From contig JAGYKM010000003.1 in NCBI GenBank assembly GCA_018401675.1, positions 102,161 through 166,160 of the forward strand: DNA of 64,000 nucleotides. Reading direction: 5' to 3'. The first letter of the stretch is position 1, and every line of letters begins with the position of its first letter. Of this stretch, positions 12,290 to 22,137 are shown one piece after another. The translations under genes and the position numbers were made by a program. The notes below the pieces were generated by a model. The model saw only the letters and a list, made by a program, of their open reading frames with translations, ran no database searches and was not told where the DNA came from. Source of the stretch: Alphaproteobacteria bacterium (lineage in GTDB: Bacteria > Pseudomonadota > Alphaproteobacteria > 16-39-46).

Positions 12290-13663
12290 TTAGGAAGATG
12301 AAGACGACGACGTTGGATGTTGAGTTGCTTTCTTGACAAAAAGCATAATCTGGGAAGGCATAGAGAGGCTTTCATCTTGGAGATTCAAGAAACACAGTTT
12401 TTCATTGGGCTTAATAAAATTAGGATCGTTTTTCACAGATACCAAAATTCCATTTTCAGGCGCGGCAATGCTGAGTTCTTGATTAGACTCGATAACGTTT
12501 CTGGATGCCCCTAAGATCCTTCGGTCTCTTACACTCTTAATCTGAGACTCTGAAGCAATAATCCCCTGGGCTACCCATTTAGCCAATAAATCTGGTCCTG
12601 CTGTGGAGGTTCCTTTTATGCCCAAAACAAAAGAAGCACTTTCCCACTCAGGCTCAATAGTCAACTGGAAGACATTACCAGCTAAATCAAAAGGAACTAC
12701 GGTGTAGTTCTCTTGAATTAAATTTACCATTTCGAGGATAAAGGTAACCAGTTGATCAAAAGAGGCATAAATATCATTATGGTCGTAAGGCACAAAAGTC
12801 GGTGCCAGTAAGCCTTGCTTAATGGTAGCCATACTTCCTGCCAACAACAAAAATTCTTGGTACATACCGAAAGGTGAGGTGGTCTCTACCCCCAGCATAT
12901 TCTCCAGCACAGGAATGTGGGGCACAAGAATGCTCATAAGCCCTTCATAATGGGCCTTCACTAAAGGATCTAAAGTCCCCGAAGAACTCGCTTGTAAATT
13001 TTCAGACAGAAAAGCACATTTGTTGCGCAACGCCAAAATAATGGTCTGAAGCACTTTTCCCAAAGGAGAAATTTTTAAGATGGTAGTTTGTGGCGGTAAA
13101 AATGACGACTGCTGAAATCCCTCATCTCGGACCACCACTTCCGCCAAAGGAAAGCTTACATACCGTGGATGGGGGTGATCTCCAACAATTAACTGTACAT
13201 TCGGCACGAGCCGTGGAACATAGACGAAATTTTCTCCCGTATTGAGATCACATACATTCGTGCCTGGGATTGATTTGTACCGAGGAAACTCCCCAGTTAA
13301 ATTTGAACTATTCGCGTTCTCTATGGGTAGGGCTAGATGAATGCGCTGAGCTCCTCCCTTAATCATGCCCTCTTTCAAAGCATTGAGATCCACCTCTAAT
13401 AAGTCCGTAGGACCTGCATCAAAAGAAATAAAAGTCCCATCAGGCAAAAAAGCCCTTAATGATAATATTCGATAAACCCCACTCACCAAAAGCACTGGAT
13501 CTATTTCTAAAGAAACTACCCCCCAAAAATAGGGAGAAAACGCAATCAAATTACGATTGAGCATGGATCGGCCACGAATTTCCATTTGCTGCATTTGTTG
13601 GGGACCCAACAACATTCCTTCATACCACTGTACTTCTTCTACCCACGGAATTAAGGGTTTCAT
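12290..13663 (-). CDS. tssK: T6SS baseplate subunit TssK
   Basis: VQWYEGMLLGPQQMQQ, PYFWGV, LPDGT and YDHND motifs. Confidence 0.92.
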   Translation of the reverse strand: MKPLIPWVEEVQWYEGMLLGPQQMQQMEIRGRSMLNRNLIAFSPYFWGVVSLEIDPVLLVSGVYRILSLRAFLPDGTFISFDAGPTDLLEVDLNALKEGMIKGGAQRIHLALPIENANSSNLTGEFPRYKSIPGTNVCDLNTGENFVYVPRLVPNVQLIVGDHPHPRYVSFPLAEVVVRDEGFQQSSFLPPQTTILKISPLGKVLQTIILALRNKCAFLSENLQASSSGTLDPLVKAHYEGLMSILVPHIPVLENMLGVETTSPFGMYQEFLLLAGSMATIKQGLLAPTFVPYDHNDIYASFDQLVTFILEMVNLIQENYTVVPFDLAGNVFQLTIEPEWESASFVLGIKGTSTAGPDLLAKWVAQGIIASESQIKSVRDRRILGASRNVIESNQELSIAAPENGILVSVKNDPNFIKPNEKLCFLNLQDESLSMPSQIMLFVKKATQHPTSSSSSS

Positions 13664-13880
13664 CGTTGCCCCCCTTCTTTGTTTTTCTTTTATGGTTATT
13701 CAAGTCATTCCTTTGTCAGTCTAGTCTAAACAAACGATTATGAGAAGCCATTTCAAGCTTCTTTAGTTATTTTAGGCGTTTCTTCTCCTTTCTTTCGACA
13801 TAATTACCATGGTTTGCTTAAAAAAACGCCCTTCTTGTATATGTTTCTTTGATCTCCCTTAGGAAACTTCTTTCCGCAAA

Positions 13881-14345
13881 TTATCCTGAAATACTAAAAT
13901 CATCAGGACCTAGTAAAACTTTTACCTCTGTTTGGGGACCAATCCGAATCCGATGATCTCCAGGGGAAAGATAATTAGCGAAAAAGATTCCTCCCAATGG
14001 AATGGGTTGAGAAAACACCACCTCTCGAGGAGCCACTACCTGACCTGGTATGACCTCCCAATCCATCACCTGAATCCCTTGTGGGTTATCCCTCCTCAAC
14101 TGATCCTTTTGGGCAAAATAAGTACCTGCAGACAATTTCGCCATTGTCTCCAGCAACGCCGTCTCGTAAACCACAACAAAATCCACCGCCACAGCTGTAT
14201 TTTGATTAGCGCCTGAGGTCACCTCCACATGGATGGTGTTAACAAAGACTTCTGGGACCGGATCTGGGGTACAGCCCCAGATCATCTGACCTATCAATAC
14301 CACACCTAAAAATCGCCATAAGGAGGATTTCACGGGTGTACACAT
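13881..14345 (-). CDS. tssJ: T6SS outer-membrane lipoprotein TssJ-like
   Basis: Lipobox-like IWGC, ANQNTAVAVDFVVVY, WEVIPGQ and FFANY. It sits upstream of tssK. Confidence 0.78.
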   Translation of the reverse strand: MCTPVKSSLWRFLGVVLIGQMIWGCTPDPVPEVFVNTIHVEVTSGANQNTAVAVDFVVVYETALLETMAKLSAGTYFAQKDQLRRDNPQGIQVMDWEVIPGQVVAPREVVFSQPIPLGGIFFANYLSPGDHRIRIGPQTEVKVLLGPDDFSISG

Positions 14346-15586
14346 TAGTGAGCTCCCCTTACTTCGGGTTGAATTTTAGGTGAAAAAAGTAACTTATCTT
14401 CTTTAGATATTTTGTTCAAAGCCTCAGTGGCAGCTTTTTCCGTTGGATAGGTCCCATTGACCACTAAATAAGAGGTGCTTTTTCCCGATGTTTTCTCTTT
14501 AACTTGAACATGGGGATAATTCCTGTGTAGTTTTTGCATGCGATCTAAGGCCTTCTGCTTTGTGGAAAAAACACCGAAATTCATGGTGTAGGATTGTTTT
14601 TTAAGATCGTTCTCACGAGCTAATGGCGCGCCGTGAACATCTCGCGTCGGAGCAGCCGTTATAGGAGAGGCATGATAAGACATTCCTCGAGCCTTTGGAT
14701 TTTGAATGAGATCTTGGATTGTCCCAGGATGCCTGGGGGAAGAAATCGGTGGTCTTGACTCTTTTGAGGCGTGCATGAACTTTGAAGGAACGGCCTCCGA
14801 GTGGCTTGCAACCGCTGGCTGAGCCTTCGGGGTTGGATGGGGCGGAGACATTATACTAGATCCAGAACCATCATCAGAGGTGGATGCGTCATGAGAGTGA
14901 CCTAGAGGCCCTCGTGACTCTGGGTCCATGGTGGCCGGTTGGACTGGGGATTCATGAACAGTGTTCTTTGGCGTTGGAGAAGCCGCTGTCTGGGGCTCAT
15001 TTCCAGAAAGAGACAATGGTCCAGAATTATCATTGGGCATTACAGCACGCGTGAAGGCCGTATTACCAGCATGCTCCCAAATTTCTTCTTCTACCGTTTG
15101 CATAAGACCTTCGCCTATTTTTCTTTCTTCTTCTCCCACCCACCCAGTAGCATCAGTAGAAGGCTTAACTCCCTCTTTAAAGAAATAGATGGTTACAAAA
15201 ATACCGCTCGCAAAACACAAAAATCCCAAGAAAAACAAAACAGCCACTATTGTCCAGAAAGATGCTTTAGCCATAGTAAAATAATATCCTTTTTGTTGAC
15301 TGAAAGAAGAGACAGACGAATGGTAAGGATGGCGAGAAGAGAGAGAGGGCTCCACCACTGGAGAAACTTCCGCCTGGCGTCTCTTTAGAGAATCTGAATC
15401 TTTCCTATTTGGCTTGGAAAAAGACTTGCTTCTTCCTCCCCATTTTTCAAATGACTTTCTCCATAACTGCGGTTTATTAATGGATTGTAAAAAAGGAGGA
15501 AGTGGTTTTCTTTTTCGATACGAAGCCTTCTTTTGATCTGCCTGACTTTCCTCTTGGTTTATACTTTTCTCGTCCATGGCCTTCAC
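14345..15586 (-). CDS. Bitopic membrane protein with a long Pro/Ser-rich linker and a C-terminal SPOR domain
   Basis: Basic N-terminus, TM FWTIVAVLFFLGFLCFASGIFV, and C-terminal YTMNFGVFSTKQKA...YLVVNGTYPTEKAA (SPOR pattern). Its stop overlaps the tssJ start (TAATG). Confidence 0.75.
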   Translation of the reverse strand: MKAMDEKSINQEESQADQKKASYRKRKPLPPFLQSINKPQLWRKSFEKWGGRSKSFSKPNRKDSDSLKRRQAEVSPVVEPSLSSRHPYHSSVSSFSQQKGYYFTMAKASFWTIVAVLFFLGFLCFASGIFVTIYFFKEGVKPSTDATGWVGEEERKIGEGLMQTVEEEIWEHAGNTAFTRAVMPNDNSGPLSLSGNEPQTAASPTPKNTVHESPVQPATMDPESRGPLGHSHDASTSDDGSGSSIMSPPHPTPKAQPAVASHSEAVPSKFMHASKESRPPISSPRHPGTIQDLIQNPKARGMSYHASPITAAPTRDVHGAPLARENDLKKQSYTMNFGVFSTKQKALDRMQKLHRNYPHVQVKEKTSGKSTSYLVVNGTYPTEKAATEALNKISKEDKLLFSPKIQPEVRGAH

Positions 15587-16538
15587 CTTAGCCTATTTTC
15601 ATAAAAAGTTTAAGTGGATGCAAGAAATGCATCCTAATACCCTGTTATTTTTTATTGGACAAAACCTTCTTCAAGAAAGCCTTAGTTTCTAATAGAGTAC
15701 ACAAGGACACACTATCATACAACTCATCCCTCTCTCAAGAGGCCATTATTTAGTGTGCACAGGTTCATGGGATAAAGAACACTTAATACCCCGACAATAA
15801 ATACATGAAGGGAGCCCCCATTGAAGAATTTGGAGGAAGAGCCAGGGGCTCAGGTAGGGTTAAACGCTATTCTGACACTCTACCATAGCAACACTTTGCA
15901 TATCTCCTGCCGCTTCTTGGAAGCAACGCATCTGTAAAAATGCCCACAGAAAATTTAAAGCCACTCCCTGGGCAAAAGCTCGTTTATGATGGTCTTGAGG
16001 ATTCTTTAGATCTTGTTTGTCCTTGGTTTGCCATTCAAAAATCCTCTACTGGATCATTATACCGCTCTATAAATCTAGGATTTCCTATTTTACTCTTTCG
16101 ACTGAGGTGCGCATCGTAAAGCTCAATGGTAAGACACCCCTCTCTCACTATTCTATCAAGACTTCCTGGGAGAACAGGTGTTTTAGTTCTCTCGTGACCC
16201 ATATTCTCTCTTGACCTTATGCACGCCTAATGTTCAAAAGGCTTAGCAGATTTAGGTTCTTCTCCATGACTCCCCTTAGTTTTAACACTCGGGCCAACTA
16301 TCCAAAAGGCCGCAACTCAGCATACCACTAACCCATCCATTAGCATGAGCCCTTTCTTTAGCTTTGTGGGTGCGTTTCCTTGTGGATAGGCCGTACTTCA
16401 TTTGGTATGATGACAAAGTACTTCATAAGGACACGCCTATTGTGAACAGCCCTTGCTCAGAATTTTTAACACCTGAGGGCTGTTAACCCCCTTTATTCTC
16501 AAAAAGTCATACTTTACCTTTAAGGATTATCTCTTAAA

Positions 16539-17492
16539 ATGTCAGATTTTCTTATTTACCACTCTCCTGATGGCGCCATTCACCTGGACGTTTCCATGGA
16601 GGAGGATGGTTTGTGGCTTTCAGAAACGCAGATCGCCACTTTATTCCAAACAGACGCCTCTCTTATCGCAAATCAGCTTTCCCAGTTATTCCACACTCAG
16701 GAAGTTGATTCTAGGATCGCAAGCAAGTCATTTTCTCCACCCAATCCATCCACACCCAAAGAGACTTACTATAATCTCGAAACCATTTTAGCCTTGGGCT
16801 TTCGCTTGAACTCCACACCAGCAAAAGACTTCAGAAAATGGGCCACTACCGTTCTTTCAAATCAGCTGGTTAACGGATACTCTCTTCATACAGATCAACT
16901 GATGAAGAAGGGCTTCTCCGATATTGATGAAAAGGTAAATATCTTAAGACACGCTTTTGAAGATCATCCCATTGATGGGGACATAAGCCTCACAGCGCTC
17001 AAACTTATCTTGAAATACGCCAAGACTTGGAACTTACTCCTTGCCTACGACGAAGATCATTTAAGTTTGCCCCAAAGCACAGGCAAACCCACTTTTGCGC
17101 TTACTTATAAAGACGCTATTGCTTCCATCAAATTTTTAAAATCTGACTTGCTGTCACGCAAAGAATCTTCTGACTTATTTGGACATGAACGGGACCGTGG
17201 GCTGGAAAGCATCCTCCATAATATTGAACAGACTTTCCAAGGACAGTACTTATATCCTACTATCGAAGAAAAAGCCGCTCATCTTCTTTATTTTGTGATT
17301 AAAGACCATCCTTTTACCGATGGGAACAAACGCATTGGCTGTTTTTTATTTTTGCTTTATCTCAACTTACAAAATGCGCCCGCACGTCTTAATGAAAATG
17401 GATTGCTGGCCCTAGCCTTACTCATTGCCCAAAGTCATCCTGATCAAAAGGAAACCATGATCCATCTAGTGGTTAATATATTGGCTGACTAA
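16539..17492 (+). CDS. RhuM-like N-terminal domain plus Fic/Doc domain protein
   Basis: LWLSETQIATLF, YYNLETILALGFR..FRKWAT, YPTIEEKAAHLLYFVIKDHPFTDGNKRIG. Confidence 0.9.
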   Translation: MSDFLIYHSPDGAIHLDVSMEEDGLWLSETQIATLFQTDASLIANQLSQLFHTQEVDSRIASKSFSPPNPSTPKETYYNLETILALGFRLNSTPAKDFRKWATTVLSNQLVNGYSLHTDQLMKKGFSDIDEKVNILRHAFEDHPIDGDISLTALKLILKYAKTWNLLLAYDEDHLSLPQSTGKPTFALTYKDAIASIKFLKSDLLSRKESSDLFGHERDRGLESILHNIEQTFQGQYLYPTIEEKAAHLLYFVIKDHPFTDGNKRIGCFLFLLYLNLQNAPARLNENGLLALALLIAQSHPDQKETMIHLVVNILAD

Positions 17493-17593
17493 AGAGCTTC
17501 TCTTATAAGCTCGGCTCTACCCCCGATAAGTCCACTTTACCAAAAGGCAGAAGCCTTGGAAATAGATTTTGGGCGACCCTGGATTCTCTCCCC

Positions 17594-19411
17594 TTAGGAA
17601 TAAGTCACCTCAATGCCTTTTTTAGCTAATTTTCGTAAAAGATCTATAATGTCTTTTCCTTTTGCCTCATCAAAACCTTTTGCAAAATGCACCTGGATCT
17701 TTTTCATATTTGAAAAATACTTCCCTGCATCCCTCAATAGCTCATAATGGGCCTTAGTAGACCTCACTTCCGTAAGAATAAGCTCATGAGCAGCATGCAT
17801 TAATAAAGGCGTTGAAAGAATACTTCGATCGCGAGCTTGAGTAAAATTAAGTTTCTGTTGTTGAACCTTCTCTCGAAAGTCTTTTATGATTTCTGTCACA
17901 AAAGGGTCTTCCCTAGAAATCCGACTTCCAAAGAATCTTAAAACTCTTTCTTGAAATCCTTTCATAATAGCTTTTGTACCCTCAGCCAAGTCGCCTACGC
18001 TTTCTGCACGGGGCCAAATTTCAGGTCTTTCAATTTTCTTCAAAATTTCTTCAAGATCTCTTTTCTCGAGGGGAACATGATTTTCTAAGCACCCAAAGAG
18101 TTGATCTTCCGTCATGGTAGGTACGTCAAAAGATCTTCCTTTATTTTCAGGATATATTTTCCAGTAACGAATGCCTGCCCAGATCCAAGGGTACTCCTGG
18201 TGAGACTTTTCAGACCACTCTTTTGATAATTTGTGTTTTTTTATTTGATTCCCATAATGATCTAACATCAAGGCAAAAAGAGCGGGGATTTTTGTTGGTT
18301 CCTTTAGTGGTTTAACTGGTTTACCTCCAGACTTTGCCTGCAGAGTTTTCCAATAGCTTTTATAAACAAGCCCCATTACCCAAGGTGTAACTTGTACCGA
18401 AACAACGTGCTCTAATTCCTGAGCTTCTTCGTGACAGGTTTTTTGTCGCTTTGCCAATGGAACCTGGTAACCTGCGTCATCTTTTTGAGCCATAGCTACA
18501 TCCTCCACAAGGGAATAGCCATTAAGGCCCATTTCAAACAAAAGGCCGTTAACAATTTTATCAAAAAAATAGGGGATTTTTTGAGCAGCCACGGCCGTCA
18601 TTTCATCTTTATATCCGTGCCACATCAAATAGTCATTTATTGCTTGGGGTTTCAGTGGGTTAAAATCTTTGAAGGTATCTCTAACAACCCAAAAATTAGA
18701 AAGGCACTCTATGTCCCTCTCATCATAAGGTTTTCCTGGAGTTCTACCAGGTATTGAGCTTAAGAACGCAGCCGCGTCTGATCCTCCTTTAGCTGCCAAT
18801 ACATACCACATCGCTGCTTCTGAATTAAGGTGGAATTTCCCGTCCAATTGCCTCCCACACACGTCCGCATAAAGCCCTTGGGCCAAAGGATGATATCCTT
18901 GAGACGCCCTTTTAAGGTATCTATAGGCTCTTTCCAGATCAATGCCTTCAAAATGGAGCCGAGATCCTTCGTTAGCATAATAAACCCTCTCCGCAACTCT
19001 CCAAGCTTGCTTCAAGCGAACAATACGATTCTCTTTTGTCGCTGATATATCTACAAGCATAGGGTCTTCTGCCAGCAATGCGGCATACATATCTGGATCA
19101 CCGCCATCTGCCGCCTCCAGATACCACGATGCTGCCTCCCCCATAGTGTGCTTTTGGCCATCTAATTCTCTTTGACAAATTTGTGCATAGGGGGCTGCAA
19201 ATTCTCCCCGGTTTTCTGGACTTATAGTTTCAAGGGCGAATTTAAGTCGTTCCCCAGCTTGTTTGTAATCTCCTTCCTCGTATAAAGCACACCCTTTTTG
19301 ACCTACTTCGCGAGGATCTTCGCCATCAAAGGGACCGCAAAATCCCCAAGATCCCCATAGGCAGATGCTAGCTAAAAAAATCCAATGACTTAATTTCATT
19401 ATCATGCTCAT
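17594..19411 (-). CDS. Secreted protein with Sel1/TPR-like repeats and an unknown C-terminal region
   Basis: Signal-peptide-like N-terminus. Internal repeat YAQICQRELDGQKHTMGEAASWYLEAADGG / YADVCGRQLDGKFHLNSEAAMWYVLAAKGG. ATGA overlap with the upstream gene. Confidence 0.65.
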   Translation of the reverse strand: MSMIMKLSHWIFLASICLWGSWGFCGPFDGEDPREVGQKGCALYEEGDYKQAGERLKFALETISPENRGEFAAPYAQICQRELDGQKHTMGEAASWYLEAADGGDPDMYAALLAEDPMLVDISATKENRIVRLKQAWRVAERVYYANEGSRLHFEGIDLERAYRYLKRASQGYHPLAQGLYADVCGRQLDGKFHLNSEAAMWYVLAAKGGSDAAAFLSSIPGRTPGKPYDERDIECLSNFWVVRDTFKDFNPLKPQAINDYLMWHGYKDEMTAVAAQKIPYFFDKIVNGLLFEMGLNGYSLVEDVAMAQKDDAGYQVPLAKRQKTCHEEAQELEHVVSVQVTPWVMGLVYKSYWKTLQAKSGGKPVKPLKEPTKIPALFALMLDHYGNQIKKHKLSKEWSEKSHQEYPWIWAGIRYWKIYPENKGRSFDVPTMTEDQLFGCLENHVPLEKRDLEEILKKIERPEIWPRAESVGDLAEGTKAIMKGFQERVLRFFGSRISREDPFVTEIIKDFREKVQQQKLNFTQARDRSILSTPLLMHAAHELILTEVRSTKAHYELLRDAGKYFSNMKKIQVHFAKGFDEAKGKDIIDLLRKLAKKGIEVTYS

Positions 19412-20730
19412 ACAGACGCTCCTTGATCATCAGGGGCTGTTGCCGCTTTTAAATCTTCAGTGACCATATGGGCCACATAGGGCCTGTAGGGTTGTTTCTG
19501 AGTTTCGTAAACCCTATGGCCATCTGGGTCAGAGTAGGTTTGAAACTTCTGCCTTTCATCTCCCAAACGAACAGTTTTCTTTTCATTGAAGGGAAAATCA
19601 GGATACCTGTTCATGCCACTAAAGCGAAAATATACTTTGAGACCAAATTTCTTCTCCAGATGCGCTTGTGAAGCCAAGGTGTCCCCACAACACCAACACA
19701 TATCAAACCAAGAGCATATGTCTATAATAGCATAGTGATTCCCCACCAACATTTTACTCTTTTTATATTTGTCTATGGACTCTTGAATACTCAGTCTTAT
19801 GGCCTGCTCAGTATGAAAATACAACTTCGCCTGTATAGACCAGTCAGAGGCCTTCTTTGTTAGTTTTGCATGGACACCACGGCGTTCTTGACCTAATAGT
19901 GGCTCTCCTCCTTGAGCCTCTTCTGTCATAATCTTCTGTATACCTTCAAAAAATGGATTATAATGTCTAGAGCGCGGCTCTGCTAATTCGCCCTGAGGGT
20001 AATCTTTAGTGATAAACCGTATGCCGTAATCTTGAAATACTTCTTTTTCTTCATCATCTTCTTTAATTTTCACAGCCCCCTCTTTGAGTTTTTTCACTAA
20101 CGTTTCCATCCCCTTTACTGGATCTTTCTCCTCCTCGATAACCCCATTAGAGGGCCAGCCACTTAAAAAGACATGTTTAAATTCCTTGGGAAAATCTACA
20201 GGCTCACCTTTTTTAGAAAAGAAGGAGATCCGTCCCAAAGCCACATTTGTGGCATAGTCAATAAATCGCCGACCGACTGCATATTTTCTAAAGGACAACA
20301 CACGTTGCTCCGCCTCTTTATGCCATTCTTTCGGTGGCGTTGAGTCTTCTTCATGTACAAAGGAAGGAACAAAACGTCGGCTGCCTTCCTTTTCCTCTTT
20401 TTCTGGCGTTATTGGATCAAGACTAATGTCTACTATGGGCTCCGAACCTTGGGATAAAATTGTTCTAAAAGTCTTATAGAGCCCCACCCCCTGTGGGAAA
20501 GATGTTGGCGTTTTTTGTTGAGGTTTCTCCCTTGCAGATGAAGCCGTTCCAAGAGTTTTTTTGGATTTTCTACCATCAGAGCCACCATCATTTTTTCGTA
20601 TTCGTTTACGTGGTTGATGGGTTGATGTTCCTTCACTCTCGGCCTCTAAACCCGGAAGGACTGCAAAGACATTAGCGAAAAGGCTTAATGATATTGAAAA
20701 AATTAGTAGAATTTTCTTAACGCTATCCAT
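19408..20730 (-). CDS. Secreted putative zinc-dependent nucleotide/nucleic-acid deaminase
   Basis: Signal peptide ending ANVFA. H306-T-E308, then a hydrophobic strand IIDICS and C345-W-C-C348. Confidence 0.65.
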   Translation of the reverse strand: MDSVKKILLIFSISLSLFANVFAVLPGLEAESEGTSTHQPRKRIRKNDGGSDGRKSKKTLGTASSAREKPQQKTPTSFPQGVGLYKTFRTILSQGSEPIVDISLDPITPEKEEKEGSRRFVPSFVHEEDSTPPKEWHKEAEQRVLSFRKYAVGRRFIDYATNVALGRISFFSKKGEPVDFPKEFKHVFLSGWPSNGVIEEEKDPVKGMETLVKKLKEGAVKIKEDDEEKEVFQDYGIRFITKDYPQGELAEPRSRHYNPFFEGIQKIMTEEAQGGEPLLGQERRGVHAKLTKKASDWSIQAKLYFHTEQAIRLSIQESIDKYKKSKMLVGNHYAIIDICSWFDMCWCCGDTLASQAHLEKKFGLKVYFRFSGMNRYPDFPFNEKKTVRLGDERQKFQTYSDPDGHRVYETQKQPYRPYVAHMVTEDLKAATAPDDQGASV

Positions 20731-21105
20731 GCTCTATTCTCCATCTACACACTAATACTATCTACATTACTCACTTAACATATCTAACAATATGAATCAA
20801 AAGAGAAAACTTTTATGTTTTAAATTAAAAGACCCAACCATTCTCACTCCAGGCTTGAAGAGATCAAACTCAAATTTTTCCTAGGCAATTTTCTCATTTC
20901 TCCTCAATAGCTTCTCTTAATTGATATATGAACCCTAGCCCGGCTCTGCTTGTTATCCACTTCTCCCACACAGGATCAAAACCTTTCTTGAAAACACCCC
21001 TTAGACATGCTACCAAACGGGTTCACTGTCTTTAAGGTGTTTTGAGAAGCCCTGTTGACCATATTAAAGACACTCAATTCAGGCGCAAACAGAGGGTAGG
21101 TCTCC

Positions 21106-22047
21106 ATGACTCGAAAATACGCATTTGTTTTTCCCGGCCAAGGATCTCAAGCCATAGGTATGGGCAAGGATCTTTATCAAGGGTCTCCTACTGCGCGAAA
21201 AGTCTTTCAAGAAGTAGACGATGTCCTTCAAGAAAACTTATCTTCTTTAATGTTTGAGGGCTCTGATGATGCGCTTCGTCTCACCCAAAATGCGCAACCT
21301 GCTTTGATGACTGTCAGTATGGCGCTGCTCAGTGTGCTAGCTGAAGAAAGCGATCTGGTCTCTCAAGTTGAGTTTGTAGCGGGGCATTCCTTAGGCGAGT
21401 TTTCGGCTTTGTGTGCAGCAAAGACTTTTTCACTAAAAGACACCGCCTTGTTGTTGAAACAACGAGGCCAATTTATGCAAGATGCCTGTCATGAAACCCC
21501 AGGGGGCATGGCGGCTGTTTTGGGGCTAGACGCTCCTACTTTGCAAGATTTACTCGACAAAGGCCCCCATAGTAGACATTGTCATTTGGCCAACGATAAT
21601 TGTCCTGGTCAACTGGTGATTAGTGGGACCGAAAGCGCTTTGGAAAGTGTCATTCCCTATCTTCAAAGCCAAGGGGCTAAGCGGGTTATTAAGCTGCCCG
21701 TCAGCGGGGGGTTTCACTCGCCTTTGATGACCACCGCTCAAACAGCCATGGCCACAGCTTTTGCGTCCATCAAAGGATCAAATCCACAGATTCCCTATAT
21801 CTCCAATCAAACAGCTACCCCCATGGATCAATATCCCCTCATTGAGAAAGCCTTAATTCATCAAATGACGGGACCTGTTCGATGGCGCGAGACGATTTTA
21901 TATATGGAAGAAAAAGGCATTACTGATGTAGTGGAAGTGGGGTCTGGGAAAGTGCTCACCAATCTAGCTATGCGCACAGCCCCTTCTATGAACACTTTTT
22001 CCCTTAACCGCTTAGAAGATATTTACTCTTTTCTTGAAACCCTTTAG
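21106..22047 (+). CDS. fabD: Malonyl-CoA:ACP transacylase
   Basis: FVFPGQGSQ, AGHSLGE and LPVSGGFHS. Confidence 0.97.
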   Translation: MTRKYAFVFPGQGSQAIGMGKDLYQGSPTARKVFQEVDDVLQENLSSLMFEGSDDALRLTQNAQPALMTVSMALLSVLAEESDLVSQVEFVAGHSLGEFSALCAAKTFSLKDTALLLKQRGQFMQDACHETPGGMAAVLGLDAPTLQDLLDKGPHSRHCHLANDNCPGQLVISGTESALESVIPYLQSQGAKRVIKLPVSGGFHSPLMTTAQTAMATAFASIKGSNPQIPYISNQTATPMDQYPLIEKALIHQMTGPVRWRETILYMEEKGITDVVEVGSGKVLTNLAMRTAPSMNTFSLNRLEDIYSFLETL

Positions 22048-22137
22048 ATAACGAAGGCTTCATTCTAATCTAATCTTTAGTTCTCGCATTTTATATTTTC
22101 CACCTTAAGTTTAACACTACTGTGCAAAGGAGTCTCC

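Noticed and set aside
20953-20961. DnaA-box-like TTATCCACT (plus a similar 8/9 match near 16381)
   Set aside because: Isolated imperfect matches with no cluster; not enough to suggest an origin.
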